NCBI RefSeq assembly: GCF_009914755.1
Contig: NC_060933.1
Source: the human T2T-CHM13v2.0 reference genome, Homo sapiens
DNA: 64,000 nucleotides
Reading direction: 5' to 3' (one strand)
Positions 32,540 through 48,445 of the stretch are shown in pieces (the stretch's first letter is position 1; the number at the start of each line of letters is the position of its first letter). The notes under the pieces are model-generated. The model did not search any database, was not told the DNA's origin, and saw only the letters and a list, made by a program, of their open reading frames with translations. Made by a program: the position numbers and the translations under genes.

Positions 32540-33845
32540 CTCACATGCTCACACACTCACAAACACTCACATTGCTCACACACTCACAAACACTCACATG
32601 CTCACACACTCACAAACACATGCTCACACACTCACATGCTTACACACACACTCACATGCTCACACACTCACAAACACATGCTCACACACTCACACTCACA
32701 CGCTCACACTCACATGCTTACACACTCACTCATGCTTTCACACTAACATGCTCACACACTCACAAGCACATGTTCACACACTCACACTCACATGCTTACA
32801 CACTCACACTCACATGCTCACACACATTCACATGCTCACACACTCACACTCACATGCTCACACACAAACACTCACATGCTCACATACTCACACTCATGCT
32901 CACACACTCACATGCTCACACACATGCTCACACACTCACACTCACATGCTCACACACTCACAAACACATGCTCACACACTCACAAACACACATGCTCACA
33001 TACTCACACACATGCTTACACACTCACACTGACATGCTCACACACTGTCACACACGTGCCCACAACTCCCTCACGTGCTCCCAGGCTCACACATATGCAC
33101 GCCAATGCTGACAGGCACTCGCATGCTCACACTCATGCTCACACTCTGTCACACGCATGCCCTCGCACGTGCTGTCACACATGCTCAGTCACATGCTTTC
33201 ACATGCTCACTCATGCATTCACACATGCACACACACTTGTACACACTGACATGCTCACACACGGTCTCATCCTCACACACTTTCACACAGACACACATGC
33301 TCTCACACTCACACTACCACACACTCGTTCTCACACACATTCACAGTCTCATATGCTCTCTGACTCACACGCTCACACACAACCACACACACTCATACAC
33401 TCATATACACACTCCCTCGTGCTCTCCCACACACACATGCTCATATACACATGCCCTCACATGCTCTCACACACACACTCACACTCATATACACACGCCC
33501 TCACATGCTCTCACACACACACTCATATACACACGCCCTCACATGTGCTCTCACACACTCACACGCTCATATACACACGCCCTCAAGTGCTCACACTCAC
33601 ACACTCTCACACTCATATACACACGCCCTCACATGCTCTCACACACACATTCACTCACACGCTCATATACACACGCCCTCACATGTGCTCTCACACACAC
33701 TCACACGCTCATATACACACGCCCTCACGTGGTCTCACACTCTCACGCGCTCATATACACACGCCCTCACATGTGCTCTCACTCTCACACGCTCATATAC
33801 ACATGCCCTCACGTGCTCTCACACACACATTCACTCACACACACT
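32540..33845 (+). repeat. CA-rich compound minisatellite (cacatgctcacacact- and catatacacacgccct-type units)
   Basis: About 1.3 kb of degenerate repeats; source of spurious His/Thr ORFs. Confidence 0.95.
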
Positions 33846-34794
33846 GCTTATTCCACCTGGCTCTGCAGGGCCAACACCACACATGCCAAGGGTCCCTGGC
33901 CCCTATGCCCCTTCCTTAGGCCCAGCCCAGGGCAGCTCCACCCCGTGGCCTGGGGTCAAGACCACTGTGGAGTCTCAGCCAGGGCTGGCCCTGGCCCCCA
34001 TGAAGGGGGACTTTCTGCCAAATGAGAGTGCCTTGGGCAGGGACCATCCAGAGAGCTGAGCACCCAGGGGCAGGCTCCCGGACTGAGTCAGGGACTTCCC
34101 TAGCACCCCCCAGACACGGCACCCTCCTCACACTGCCCTGACCCCTGGCCATCAGCCACAGGCCTGAAGCTACCTCTCCAGGAAGGTGAATGGGCTACAT
34201 GGTTGCACCCACCAGGCCATGCCCTCCCAAAGCCACGTCCCCAAGGACAGGCTTCCCATGGCCACGGCCTCTCCAGGACAGGACCCCAGGCCATGCCCCA
34301 CACCCACTTTAGGGCAGGACCCCTTAAGGCCATACACTGTCTAGGACAGGACCCCAAGGTAGAGGAAGGTTTAGGGCGTGGTCTCAGGATTCTCAGACCT
34401 GGGTTTAAGTCTGGCTCTGCCACTCACCAGCCATGGGCCTCAGGCAAGTGTTTCACTTATCCATGCCTCAGTTTCCCCATCTGTAAAATGGGGTGCCTAT
34501 CTCACAGCACCTCCCATAGGGCCACAAGAATGAAAGGGCAGTCACGATCATTGCAGGAGTTAGGCCTGGAAGAGGGTCAGGATTCCACTGGCTCAGGGTG
34601 GTGTCAAAGGCCGGAGTTGAGGCCAGCGTGACCCAACTGGTCACAGCTGGGTTTCGGGGGGGACCCAGCGTGGAGGGGAGCCCCGGTGGGGTTTCTCCAT
34701 CCTAGTCCCTACAGCTGCTCTCCCTCGCTGGGTTGCTGGGCCAGGGACCCGCCTGGGGAGGGGCTGCCCGCCTGCCCGCCCGGCCCCTCCATTG

Positions 34795-35330
34795 CTGGCC
34801 ACTCACTTCCCCATTAGCCCGCCAGAGGGTCCCGCTCGATAAATGGGTCCTGATGGGCACATTTTTTCTTCCGCTGAGCAGTTTAATGGCAATTAATTTT
34901 TTTACGAGAGGATTTTTAATCTGTGGAAATGGATGAAGTCCCCAAGTGCCCTGTCAAAGTTCTGGGGCCGACCTAATCTATGATAAAAAATGCAAAGTGA
35001 GGTGATATAATCTGAAATTAAATATCAGGCTTCATTTTCCTTTGGCCCGGATGGATGAATATTTTATAACTATTGTGATTTAATTTTTTGTTAACTACAG
35101 CAAATTTCTAATTCATCCAATTCCCAAGTCCTGTGGCTCTGACCTCTGAACCGAAACTCATCTCTCCTTAGCCCAGCTGTGACTTCATCACTGACAGAAA
35201 CTAATGGTCAACACTGTCAGGGTGACACGGTGTTTACGATGATGAATGCGGCCGGTGGCATGCCCTCTGACCCAGTGTCAGGCAGAAAGCAGGTCATTTT
35301 TCAACAGAGCCATTAAAATAAAACAAACCA
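34795..35330. promoter_or_regulatory. Candidate conserved non-coding enhancer, homeodomain-motif rich
   Basis: Non-repetitive AT-rich island in a GC-rich intron with clustered TAAT/TAATT, TAATCT, TTTTACGA, TGTCA and TGTTTAC motifs. Confidence 0.55.
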
Positions 35331-36621
35331 AAGACCTGGGGGAGGGAGGGGGTGATCATGCAGAAAATTGTTATATTGTACGCATGTTTCCACGGCCTTC
35401 CGGAACCTTCTGGGTGCCCGGGTCCCTACATCGCAGTCCCCTTCTGCTCGGCCTCTGGCCCCGCTGAATGCACACGGTGGCCCCGCAGCCCCGCTGAGCT
35501 CCCACCTCACCCGTGTGTCCTCCCTGGGTATGGGCACAGAGGCGTTTACTCTCGGCTGGAAGCTGCTGCTCTGCCTAGGAGCAGAGGGGCCGGCAACTGA
35601 TGACACGGGACAGATGCTTAGGCACCTGGGCACGGACAGAACGCACGCCACGCAGTGCCCCTCCCCACGGCCCCAGGGCTGTGATTGCACGCAGTGTGGA
35701 GAAACTGAGGCATGGAGCATTACAGGAGTGGCCAGCGAGCTGGCACTGCTCACACTTGGAGTGAGGGTCCCACAAAGCCAATCTCAGGCGTTCACTCCAC
35801 CTGGGGGCTCTTGCTGGTGTCTCCAAAACACTGTGGTTCGGTGGCCCCAGAATCCACGCCTGGAGGGTGGCCTCGACAAGCTGCCCAGGCGTGGCCCCAG
35901 GTGCACACGGCTGGGCTTCCAGGTTAGGAGCACCGGCCTTGGGCTGGACGGGTGGGAGGCTCTGCCTCTGTGCGGCCCGGGGCAGGCTGTGGAAACTCTG
36001 TGAACCTCGGTTGCCTCATCTACAAAATGGGAGCAAGACTGCCAACCTTGGCGGGGAACCAGGAGGCTGCAGTGAGCTCACAGAGTGCGGGCACTGGCCA
36101 CTCCCCTGACCTCGAAGACGCCCCAGAAGGAAGCCCCGGAGGGACTCTGCCTGCCACCCACCCGCTCAAGGGCAGGGGCCGCTGTCAGGTTCGCCCTGCA
36201 AGCTCTGAAACCCATGCCCAGGCTGGGCCGCTGGGTCTCTGCAGGGCACTGACACCTCTGCCCAGTCCTCAGCAGGGAGATGCCTGGATCAGAAATTCCT
36301 CTGTGACCACTGGGATCCACCCACAGGATTACCTGACTGGACTCTCCGGGAAACACGCATGAAATTAATCGTAATGCAAGCACATGGCTGACTCACACAC
36401 CCCCTGTGCCTGCACAAAGTCCCCAAGCTACTGGAGGGAGTGGGGTCTGCGGAAGACCCTTTCCCACCCCCAAGTGTGCAGGTGGAAGGAGATGCCCTGG
36501 GCTTGCTCACTAAATGTGAACGTGTGACAAAGAAAGCAAGCACGGCTCCCTCGGCCAAGCGTGCCCTGAGCTGCCCACTGCATGTGCACACATGCCAGTA
36601 TCTGTTACTGCTCTGAAGAGC

Positions 36622-36840
36622 CGTGAGCTGCAGGTGGCGTGAGCTGCAGGTGGCGTGAGCTGTGGGTGGCGTAGGCTGTGGGTGCCGTGAGTTGCGGGTG
36701 CCATGGGCTGTGGGTGTCCTGAGCTGCGGGTGCCATGGGGTGTAGGTGCCCTGAGCTACGGGTGCCGTGAGCTGCAGGTGGTGTGAGCTGCGGGTGGTGT
36801 GAGCTGCAGGTGGTGTGAGCTGCGGGTACCGTGAGCTGCC
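36622..36840 (+). repeat. 16-bp minisatellite (gtgagctgcaggtggc), about 13 copies
   Basis: Direct tandem repeats. Confidence 0.9.
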
Positions 36841-37170
36841 AGTGCATGCTACAGTGTGGTTGAACAGCTCTGTTTTCTTAGACTCGCCCAGTCTCTGGGT
36901 GTTGAGAGGACAATAGTGCCTGGTGTTTGGTGGACTTTCACTTTGTCTCAAGGGACACGCCCCTGCCCGGACAGGAACCACCTGCTGCTCCAGTGGTGGC
37001 CAAGGTCACCAGTTGCCTGGGACACCAGCCCTGATGCTCCAGCCGGGCCTGCCGATCCCAGGTGCCCTGCAGAACCCTGTGTACATGGCAGTCCGACTGG
37101 CCAGCCCCAGCCCCAGCCCCAGAAATGAAAGCCATCTGCCTACCTAGAGTGCCAGGATCATATGCACCTA

Positions 37171-37383
<213 letters not shown>

Positions 37384-39655
37384 CTACCCCGGGGTCCTGT
37401 GCAAACACAGTCCCTAGAGCCATACACATTGCCAGTCCTGCTCCCTGCTTGGCGAGAGCCAGGGTGGGCAGCTAACGCTGGGGACAGGCCACAGTCTGAC
37501 TGTCACGTTCCCTGCAGTGCTCTGCCTGGGGACTGCCGCTGGGGACTCCTCCTTAGAGAGGCAGGCATACCTATTCAAATTCCCTCCCGAGTGTCTGGTG
37601 GCCTCCCCTCCAGGCCCAGAGGTCCTGAGGACAGGAACCAGTTTCTCATCTCTGAATCCAGCACCCAGCTGGGGGCCCGGGCCATGGGCACTCAGGACTG
37701 TTTGCTGACTGAATGAATGACTGGACGGGCCAGGCCCCAAGTGAATGCACAGAGTGGCAGCGGCCGGACTGAACATCTCTGGGACCAGGGCCAGGAGGAG
37801 TGAGGGCCAGACCTGGGGGGGCCTTGGCACCATGGAGTGGACCCCTCTGCCGATGGGGAGGAGATGGAGAGCCCGAGGGGGCGGAGTTTGTTCAAAGTCC
37901 CGCAGCGAGTGCAGCGGCCACCGAGAGGGCCCGGCTCCAGAGGCTGGCTGGTCATCTTTCCCTGCCTCCGACTTCCTTTAGTCTCTGCACAGCTGGGGTG
38001 GGGGAGTATCTGGGAAGCCGCCATGCGAGAACCTGCCTTGTCCCCATGGGTGGGGAACCACAGAAGAGAACCCTGGCCCAAAGGCGTCTGGGCCTCCAAA
38101 CGCCACTTGGTCCAGGCTGGGCCTGCCTCTTGGTTTTCCAGGCCCCAACTCTGCTGGCAGGAGGAGCCTCAAGAGCCAGGTCCTCTGCAAGGGACACAGA
38201 CTGTGATCCCACTCTATGCGGTCCCCAGAGTCACTAGGCCCATAGAGACAGGAAGTAGGAAGGTAGGTGCCAGGGGCTGGGGGAGAGGGATGGAGAGTAA
38301 GTGGGGACAGAGTTTCAGTTTGGGAAGATGGAAAGTTCTAGAAACAGAGGCTGGCAATGGCTGCACAGTGCTATGAATGTGCTCAGCGCCACTGAACTGG
38401 GCACTTTAAAAAAGGGCCTCCTCCATGCCTGCTTCTGGAGAGTTCTCAAACTCGGAGCGTGAAAACGAGGCTGCCAGGAGCCGGTGACTGATAGGATGGG
38501 GTGGTTGAGGTCCCTGAGTGACCCATTGCTGGACCCTGAACTTGACCTGGGGCAGGGGCAGAGAAAGTGGTCACCAAGCTGATGCCATTGGGGTCCCCCT
38601 GGAAGGCGGAGGAGGGAGGAACAAAGTGGCGCTGACCACAGGGCTCAGGCGGAACCGGATCTGGATGGACAGGAGTTCCCCGGCAACTGTGGGGTCAGGG
38701 AGATGGCTCTGTCCCCTGCTCTCCGAGGGGCCAGCCCTGGACCCCGCCCACATCTGCACTGGCTCACACTCCACATGGGAGGGACACACCCAAATGCCTG
38801 CCTGTGGCTGCTGCCCAAACAGACCTCACGGAGAAACCACCGACCTGGACCCACCCGGCCGGCACTGCACCGCTGGGATGGACAGCAACTGTCCCCACAA
38901 AAACGCACGTGATTCCCTGTGCTGAGCCCGAAACACCTCCGCTCCCAAGCTCCCCATCCTTCATTCTGGGCCTCAGGAATCTTGCCGGCGTCTGCCTGTC
39001 TCTGGACTCGAGAGAGCCTCCTGCATCCATTTTGCCCCAGCAGCAGAGTGAGCCTGCCCAAGCCCAGCTCACGGCCATTCCCTGCCTAGACCTTAATGGC
39101 TCCCATTGCCCGGGATGAAGGCCACATCCTCCAGCCCCCAGAAGCAGCTCCTGCCCCCTCCATCCTACCCCTTCCATTTGTTGAGCAAATGAGTAAGCAA
39201 AAACCTGGTGGGGCCCTTGGCCCCAGCCCCTTCCTCACGGGCCTGGGAGCCCGCCAACGGTTCAGCGTTTCCCCATCTGTGGGCTGGGGGGGCAGTGCCT
39301 CCCATCTACAAGACGGAAAAGTGAGCCCAGGAGCTGGCAGGGACCTGGAGGGCCCCAGACCCACTCCCTGTGGCTGGCATGCAGCCACACAGAAAACTCC
39401 TTGCCTGTTCTGTGCAGGAGATCTCTCAGCAAAAACAAACAAACAACAACAACAAAAAATGCCCCTGCTCAGCTCCCCTGCCCTGCAGGGCCTGCCTGGG
39501 TCCTGCCCCACTGGAGAGGCAGAGGGTTAGAACACAGGCTCCAGAGAATGGCAGTCTGGCTCCAAATCCCCCCTTGGCCTCTTTCCAGTTGGGGTCCTCC
39601 CTGACCCTCAGTGTCTTTGTCTGTGAGGGTGGCCCAGCATGTGCTGCCCCCATCA

Positions 39656-40388
<733 letters not shown>

Positions 40389-41073
40389 TCAAAAACTTTT
40401 GAATAGCACGTCTGACCAATGTTCCAGGCCTGAGAATGCATCCAGTGGGGCCATCAGGAGCTGCACCAGCGCTTGGCACGACGCAGGCATCTCACACAGA
40501 AACGCCTCTGGCAGTGGCTCCGCGGAGCCACCAGCAGTGAGCCAGGCCCTGCGCGCCTTCATGCTGTGCCCTGGGTGGGATTTGGACCACGTAGCACCAG
40601 GAAGGAGGTACCACAGTATGGGCTTCAACTCCTGTTCTTGCAAAGGGAAGTAATGACTTAGAGGGGTGCACCCCAAAGTATTCGCTCAGGCAGGTTGGGG
40701 GAGGAAGGTACATGGGGAATTGGAATGATTTTTATTCCATTTTATTCATTCTTTGTGCTTATTATACCTCCCACCGCTACGAAAACATGCACTGCCTTAA
40801 AAAAACAAAGTCACAAAAGGACAAATTCTGTGATTCCACTGATAGGAGGTCCCAGAGTTGTCAGAGCTACAGAGACAGGAAGTAGGATGAAGGGTCCCGG
40901 GGCTGGGAGGGGACGGGGGTGAGTGTTTCATGGGGACAGAGCTTCAGTTTGGGAAGATGAACAGTCCTGGAGACGGAGGGTGGTGGCTTCAGGACCGTGA
41001 ATGTGCTCAGTGACATGGAATCATGCACTTTAAAATGGTTAAGATGGTACATTTTATGTTATGCATACGTTAC

Positions 41074-41376
41074 TTTTTTTTTTTTTTTTTTTTGAGACGG
41101 AGTCTCGCTCTGTCGCCCAGGCTGGAGTGCAGTGGCGCAATCTCGACTCACTGCAAGCTCCGCCTCCTGGATTCACGCCATTCTCCTGCCTCAGCCTCCT
41201 GAGTAGCTGGGACTACAGGCACCCGCCACCATGCCCAGCTAGTTTTTTTTGTATTTTTGGTAGAGATGGGGTTTTACCATGTTAGCCAGGATAGTCTCGA
41301 TCTCCAGACCTCGTGATCTGCCCGCCTCAGCTTCTCAAAGTGCTGGGATTACAGGCATCAGCCACCGCTCCCGGAC
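41074..41376 (-). mobile_element. Alu (AluY-like)
   Basis: Poly-T plus reverse Alu. Confidence 0.95.
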
Positions 41377-41418
41377 TACATATTTTTTTTAATCAGAAGT
41401 TATCTTAAAAATAGAGGA

Positions 41419-41692
41419 GGCTGGGCACCGTGGCTCACACCTATAATCCCAGCACTTTGGGAGGCCGAGGTGGGCAGATCATGAGGTCAGGATTTCGAGG
41501 CCAGCCTGGCCAACATGGTGAAACCCCGTCTCTACTAAAAATACGAAAATTAGCCAGGCATAGTGACGGGTGCCTGTAATCCCAGCTACTCGGGAGGCTG
41601 AGGCAGGAGAATCGCTTGAACCCGCAATGAGATTGCACCATACTCCAGCCTGGGTGACAGAGCGAGACTCCATCTCAAAAAAATAAAAAATA
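41419..41692 (+). mobile_element. Alu with an internal deletion in the right arm
   Basis: cttgaacccgcaatgagattgcac lacks about 25 nt of consensus. Confidence 0.92.
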
Positions 41693-42163
41693 AATGTAAA
41701 ATTAAAGGAGGAAAACATCTTCCCTGTTTTCTTAGGAAAAGAGTTAAATACCTGGACACAGAGAATCCACAGGACTGGCTCTCAACATCACTCCAAGAGG
41801 GAAGCCGTTTCCAAACTTCTTTAGTTACCCCTCCCACCCCTCACCCTTCCAAGGACAAGACTCCCCCACCACACTCCCACCCCCTGTCCCTGCAGGAGGG
41901 AAGCTGCCAGACTTTCCAAATCCCAGGCTGACTTTTTAGGGCGCTCCTGACCTAAGCCCCCACAAATCTGACCATGCAGCCCCCCAAGGCTACAGGGACA
42001 AAGGCACAGACTCTAGGTCCAGGGACCAGGCCCCCTCTTCCAGTGCCACAGGCCCTGTGTGCCCCTCCCTCCTGGGCGCTGGCATCTCCACCGCTCCTCT
42101 GTCGTCTCCAGGGAGGGATCCTCATCATGGACCCAGCTCAGAAGCACCCCTTCATGACTCCTA

Positions 42164-42808
<645 letters not shown>

Positions 42809-43175
42809 TCAGACATGCAGGCGCAGAGGTGCCGAGCAGAGCCGCTCAGACTGGCCCCACCTCCCCGGGCATTCCTGCTCCACAGACTGGAGGTGGAAAG
42901 GAGGGCCTGGAATACACCCCACCTGGAGGACAGCCCCGGCATTCTCTCTCAAGCCCTGACCACACCCCTCTGAGGTAGGTAATGTGATCGGCCCGATTTA
43001 CAGATGGAGAAACTGAGTCTCAGAGAGGCCGGGCTGCCTGCCCAAAGGCACGTGCAGAGGCAGGCACGTCACTCTGACCCCACGCCCTTGTACCTCCCAC
43101 AGAGCCGCTGCCTCCAGCGGCAGGCATGGCACCTGCCAGCAGTGCAGCCCCCCGCCTAAGTCCACGCAGATGCTA

Positions 43176-43352
<177 letters not shown>

Positions 43353-46300
43353 TCAACCTGGCCCGCCCTGCCTGGGGTCGCTGCTGCCTTCACATGGCGG
43401 CTTCGAGGCCTGCAGCCCCACCTATGACCCTGCCCGGGATGGGCTGGCCACTGCCTGGCTCCGGATGCCCGCCTGCGCCGGTCCCCTGGCCCACGATGGA
43501 AACCCTCAGGTGGGTCATTGAAACTGGGCTGGCACGGTGGGCAGCCCGGCCCTGGGCTGGCCACAGCTGGGGGCCTTCCTAATGAGCTGTCTCTTGGTGG
43601 GGTGGGGGAGAGTTCCGGCTGGCCCCGTGACAGCATAATAACCTTGTCACTCAGCGACAGAGCCTCTGGCCTTCAGCTCCTGATGGGGCTCTCAGCGGTG
43701 CCCCACCCAGTCCGCCCAGGCCCAGAATGACATGCAGGGAGGGAATGGGGCCGGGCTGGGCTTGTGGGGTCAGTGTTGGGCAAGTTTCTGGTTGGTGGGG
43801 GCGGGGCCTAACCCCAGGTCAGGGTTAGGTTCAATTCAGTCTGAGGCACAGAGGTCCCAGCAGCTGTGGGGCCCAGCCCAGACATCCCAACAGAAACACA
43901 TCAGCCACCATCTCTCAGTTCCATGGGGCTGGGCAGGGGAAGGGGCGCTGGCTTCTGGGCTCACCCTGGTGCAGGCCAGAAGACACCCTTTGCCCACAGT
44001 GACAGTGGCAGAGATGCCAGGTGCTGCCCCAGGTCAGGAGCCCCCGCTGGCCTCCTCGGACCCTGCACATCCCAGTGGGTCCGTGACACGGCAGTGTGGT
44101 GGGGAGGACATGGCTCTGCAGTCCCTGAGGGGAACTCAGACTCAGATCCCAGTTCCCTCCCAGCTCCTTCCCCACCCCCACTGGCAGTGCCACCTTGGAG
44201 CCTGGGGACCACCCCCTCCCCCAATGCTCACCATTGTGAGCCCCTGGTGAGTCCATCCCCGCGGGAGGTGGCAGTGGCACGGAGCTGCGATGATCATGAG
44301 CACGGATTTGTTCCAGGAATGGCCCTTAAGTTGACCCTTCCCAAGTGGCCCCAGAGAAGGGAGGTCTGCGCGAAAGACCTCTTAAGTCTAGGAAGGCACG
44401 AAGGATGGAGGGCCCTCCTCCAGGCTCACGCTATAGAACCTGTCCTCTGGAACCGCCAGGCAAACGCCTGGAGACACCGCCCAAGCCCAGCCCCACATAG
44501 GCACGGGGCCCAGGGGAGATTCCAAGCCAAACGGGGCCCTGGCTGCCGGCAGGCACAGCCACGGGCATCCAGGGCACAGAGGCTGAGCCACCAGCAGCCT
44601 CGGAGGGGAGGGAGAGAGGAGCCATCCAAAGACAGGCAGGCCCTGCGTATAATGTGAGGTGCGGCCACCTCCAGCCCCACCTGGCCTGTCTGCACCCTCC
44701 TAGCGCCAGGGCATGAGCCCTTTCCTGTGATGAGGCAGGGACAAGGATGAGCCTCGGGCTGTTACACCCTGGGGAACATGTCTGGGATGTTACAGGGAGC
44801 TTCAGGGAACCAGCGGTGTGACCACAGGGTCCCCCCACCCTCGGAGCCTGAACGGCTCTCAGGCACCCAGAAGGCAGCTCCACTTCCAGCCCCCTTCCAT
44901 TCCTACAGAGCCTCGCCCTGCCCAGGGACCCCTCTGCAGCCTCTGCTTCCCAGGGCCATCCGAGTGGTGCACAGGCCTGGCCCCCCTGCTGACGGGTTGC
45001 CACCTCCCTGCCAGGCCTTCAGGCTCCCAAATCAGCTGTGGTCCTGGGCTCTCAGCCCTGCTCCCATGAAGGGACAGGGGCAGGGTCCTCCTGAGCAGAA
45101 GAGGCCAAGTCTGGTGGCTCCCTTTCTCCCATGAGCAGGAAAACCACCCAGCCACTCAGCAGCTGCCTGGAGGCTCTGGAAGAAGGTGCATCATAAATGC
45201 GTGGAAATGCGTCGCTGTGACTGGGAACAAAATCATGACAGCAAATGCCTGGGAACGGAAAAGCAAACCCAGCGAGCAGAGCATCGCGAGGTCCTGCGAG
45301 TTGCCCCCACCACCGGCTTCCTTCCTTCTCCTCCCCACCTGCCCTGGGGGACAGCGGAGCGTCTGCCTCCCTGGCCTGGTCACCAGCTGAGGCTTCCAGA
45401 CGCAGCTCTGAATCAGGAGACACACGTCAGCTCCCGAAGGCGGGTCCACCTGTCCAGGACCCTCTGCCGATGTTGTCCGTGCCACGGGGACCGCTCACAG
45501 CCTGCACCGGCTGGCGCCCCTGCCCTGCCCCCAGGAGACTCACGCCTGCTGGGGTACGAGGCTCGGGGCTACTCTGCATGGGGTGGACAGGAGCAGCAAG
45601 GCTCCAAGAAGGCCACTGGGCAGAGGCTGCAGCCTGAGTCAAGGGGTATCCCCTGGGCAGGCCAGGCCCCCCTGTCCCCAGCAGCACGGGAGCCCTGCAG
45701 CCAGGCCCAGCCAGCCACATCCCCACCCTACTCCGGGCCTAGCTGGGTCCGTACCCATTCAGACCCTGCACCTCAGCTCCTGGCCTCTCCGCAGCCACAC
45801 TGCTCTCTCCACTCCACCCACCATGCTCCAGTCCAGCTCAGTGAGGCACATGCAGTTCCCCTCCTGGGACCTCTGTCACCCCTCCTGAGCCTCCCTCCCT
45901 GGGGGGACGGTCCCCTGGGGGCAGGAAGTAGCCTTGCCCATGGCACACACTGGCGTGCAGATGCTTATCGCTGGAAGAGCGTTCCAGGGCCCCCAGTGCA
46001 CCACGCGCCGTGGCAAATGCTTGATGACTTATCTTACGTCGTCTCAGGGCAATCCCACCAGAGAAAAACAGGTGCTACTTCCACTTAACCAGCGGATGAG
46101 GCTCAGCCTAAGTCATGTGTCCAGGGTCCCAGCAGGGTCAGAAGGCCGGGCGTGCCAAGCTGTCCTACACCTTCCATGTCCCCAAGGCCAGGAGAGAGCA
46201 GCAGCCACCTGGGGTCCCAGCACCACGCAGAGCCACTGCATGGGGATGGCTCCTCGGCTGGGAGGGGCTGGGATGAAAACCCCACAGAACAGCCACACAC

Positions 46301-46744
46301 CTCCCCTTCCCAGCAACGGTGGGGCCCAGAGGCCAAGAGCCGTGACTGGCCCAGACATGCGGCTGTCTCTGAGGCCGGTGATGGCGGGCCAGTCGTTCAA
46401 CCCGCTGGACACGGGTCTTCCCCTCTGTAAAGTGGGCGGAGAGTCAGCCCTGGCTGCTGGGGCTCCTGGGGGTCAGAAGACACATGGAGTACACAGTGCT
46501 CACCCTGGGGCTGGGGCGGGGGGAGAAAGGAGGCCAGGGAGGGACCAAGACGGCACCTCTGTCCTCAAAGGGCAGCTCCGCGCCCAGGAAAGGAAAAGGG
46601 CAGGTTTCCAGGGCCCAGGAGAAGCCCTCCCAGCAGCACCAGCTCCCAGGGGTGACCCAGGTGGAGGGAAATGACGCGCAGGGGACGAGGATGCCCGGGC
46701 ACTGTGGGCTCCGCACACCCAAAAGCACATGCCTCCCCGTGATA

Positions 46745-48445
46745 CACAACACACAGCACACACACACACAACACATAAAAGTACACACACACCACACATA
46801 CTACATGCACCACACACAATACACATGCACACACACACCACACACAATAAAGCACACACACAACACTCACACCACACACAAAGCACACACACACTGCATG
46901 CACCACACACAACACACACCATACACACAGCACACACAATACAGACATACAACACACACCACACCACACAACACACACAAACACACATCACACACAGACA
47001 CGCAACACACACACCATATGCCATACACAATGCATAACACACACATCTCACACACACTACACAGACATACACCACACAACACACAGACACACCACACAGA
47101 TCACACAACACACACAGACACACACACAGAAACACACACCATACACATCACACAACACACACAGACACACAACACAAGGACAATCCACATCACACACACG
47201 ATACACAGACAACACACTTCACACAGACACACACCACACACAACACACAGAAACACACACCACACACATCACACAATGCACACACAATATACACTTCACA
47301 CACAACACAGACAACACATATCACACACAATACACAGAAACACACACCACACACATCACACAACAGACACACAACACACACTTCGTACACACAACACAGA
47401 CAACACATATCACACACACAATACACAGAAACGCACACCACACACATCACACAACAGACACACAATACACACTTCATACACACAACACAGACAACACATA
47501 TCTCACACACAATACACAGAAACGCACACCACACACATCACACAACACAGACACACAACACACAGACAATACATGTCACACATACACGATACACAGACAA
47601 CACACAGAAACACACACCACACTCATCACATAACACACAGACACACAACACACACACTTCACACAGACAACTCACATAACACACAGACACACAACACACA
47701 CACTTCACACAGACAACACACATTACACACAATACACAGAAACACACCACATACATCACACAACACAGACACACAACACACAGACAATACACATCACACA
47801 CAACACACAGAAACACACCACACACAACACACAGACAACTCACAAACACAACACACAGACAATACACATCACACACACAATACACAGACAACACACACAA
47901 CACACAGAAACCACATACATCACACAATACACACACTTCATACAAACACAATACACAGACAATACACATCACACATAACACACAGACAACACACACACCA
48001 CACACAAACGCACAACACAGACACACATTACACACATAACACACAGATAACACACACACCACACAACACAAACACATATCACACATACACACAACACAAT
48101 CACACAGACACACACACCACATGCAGACACACAAACTCACAGACACAACACACATTGCACACAGACAACATCATGCACACACACAAACAACACATCACAT
48201 CCATATTATACACACATCACACAAACACAACACACATTACACACAGAACACACAGCACAGACAACACACATCTCACACACTGACAACATCCATTATACAC
48301 ACATTACACACACAAACACACACCAGACACACAATACATGGAAAAAACACATAACACACACACACCACACATGCAGGCAATGTACACAACACACAGAGAC
48401 AACATGCACACAACACACACAACACACACAACACACACCACACAC
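46745..48445 (+). repeat. Long CA-rich low-complexity array
   Basis: About 1.7 kb of degenerate (CA)n/acacacagaca; explains the 599-aa His/Thr ORF. Confidence 0.95.

Noticed and set aside
31993-32556. Cys-rich 187-aa minus-strand ORF with a possible acceptor near 32258
   Set aside because: Not needed for phase continuity; no convincing donor or recognisable domain
32409-34059. Overlapping 190-375-aa HT-repeat ORFs
   Set aside because: Same artefact; open in several frames across a minisatellite
46484-48283. 599-aa His/Thr-rich ORF and opposite-strand Cys/Val ORFs
   Set aside because: Translation of a CA-rich low-complexity array that is depleted of stop codons by composition
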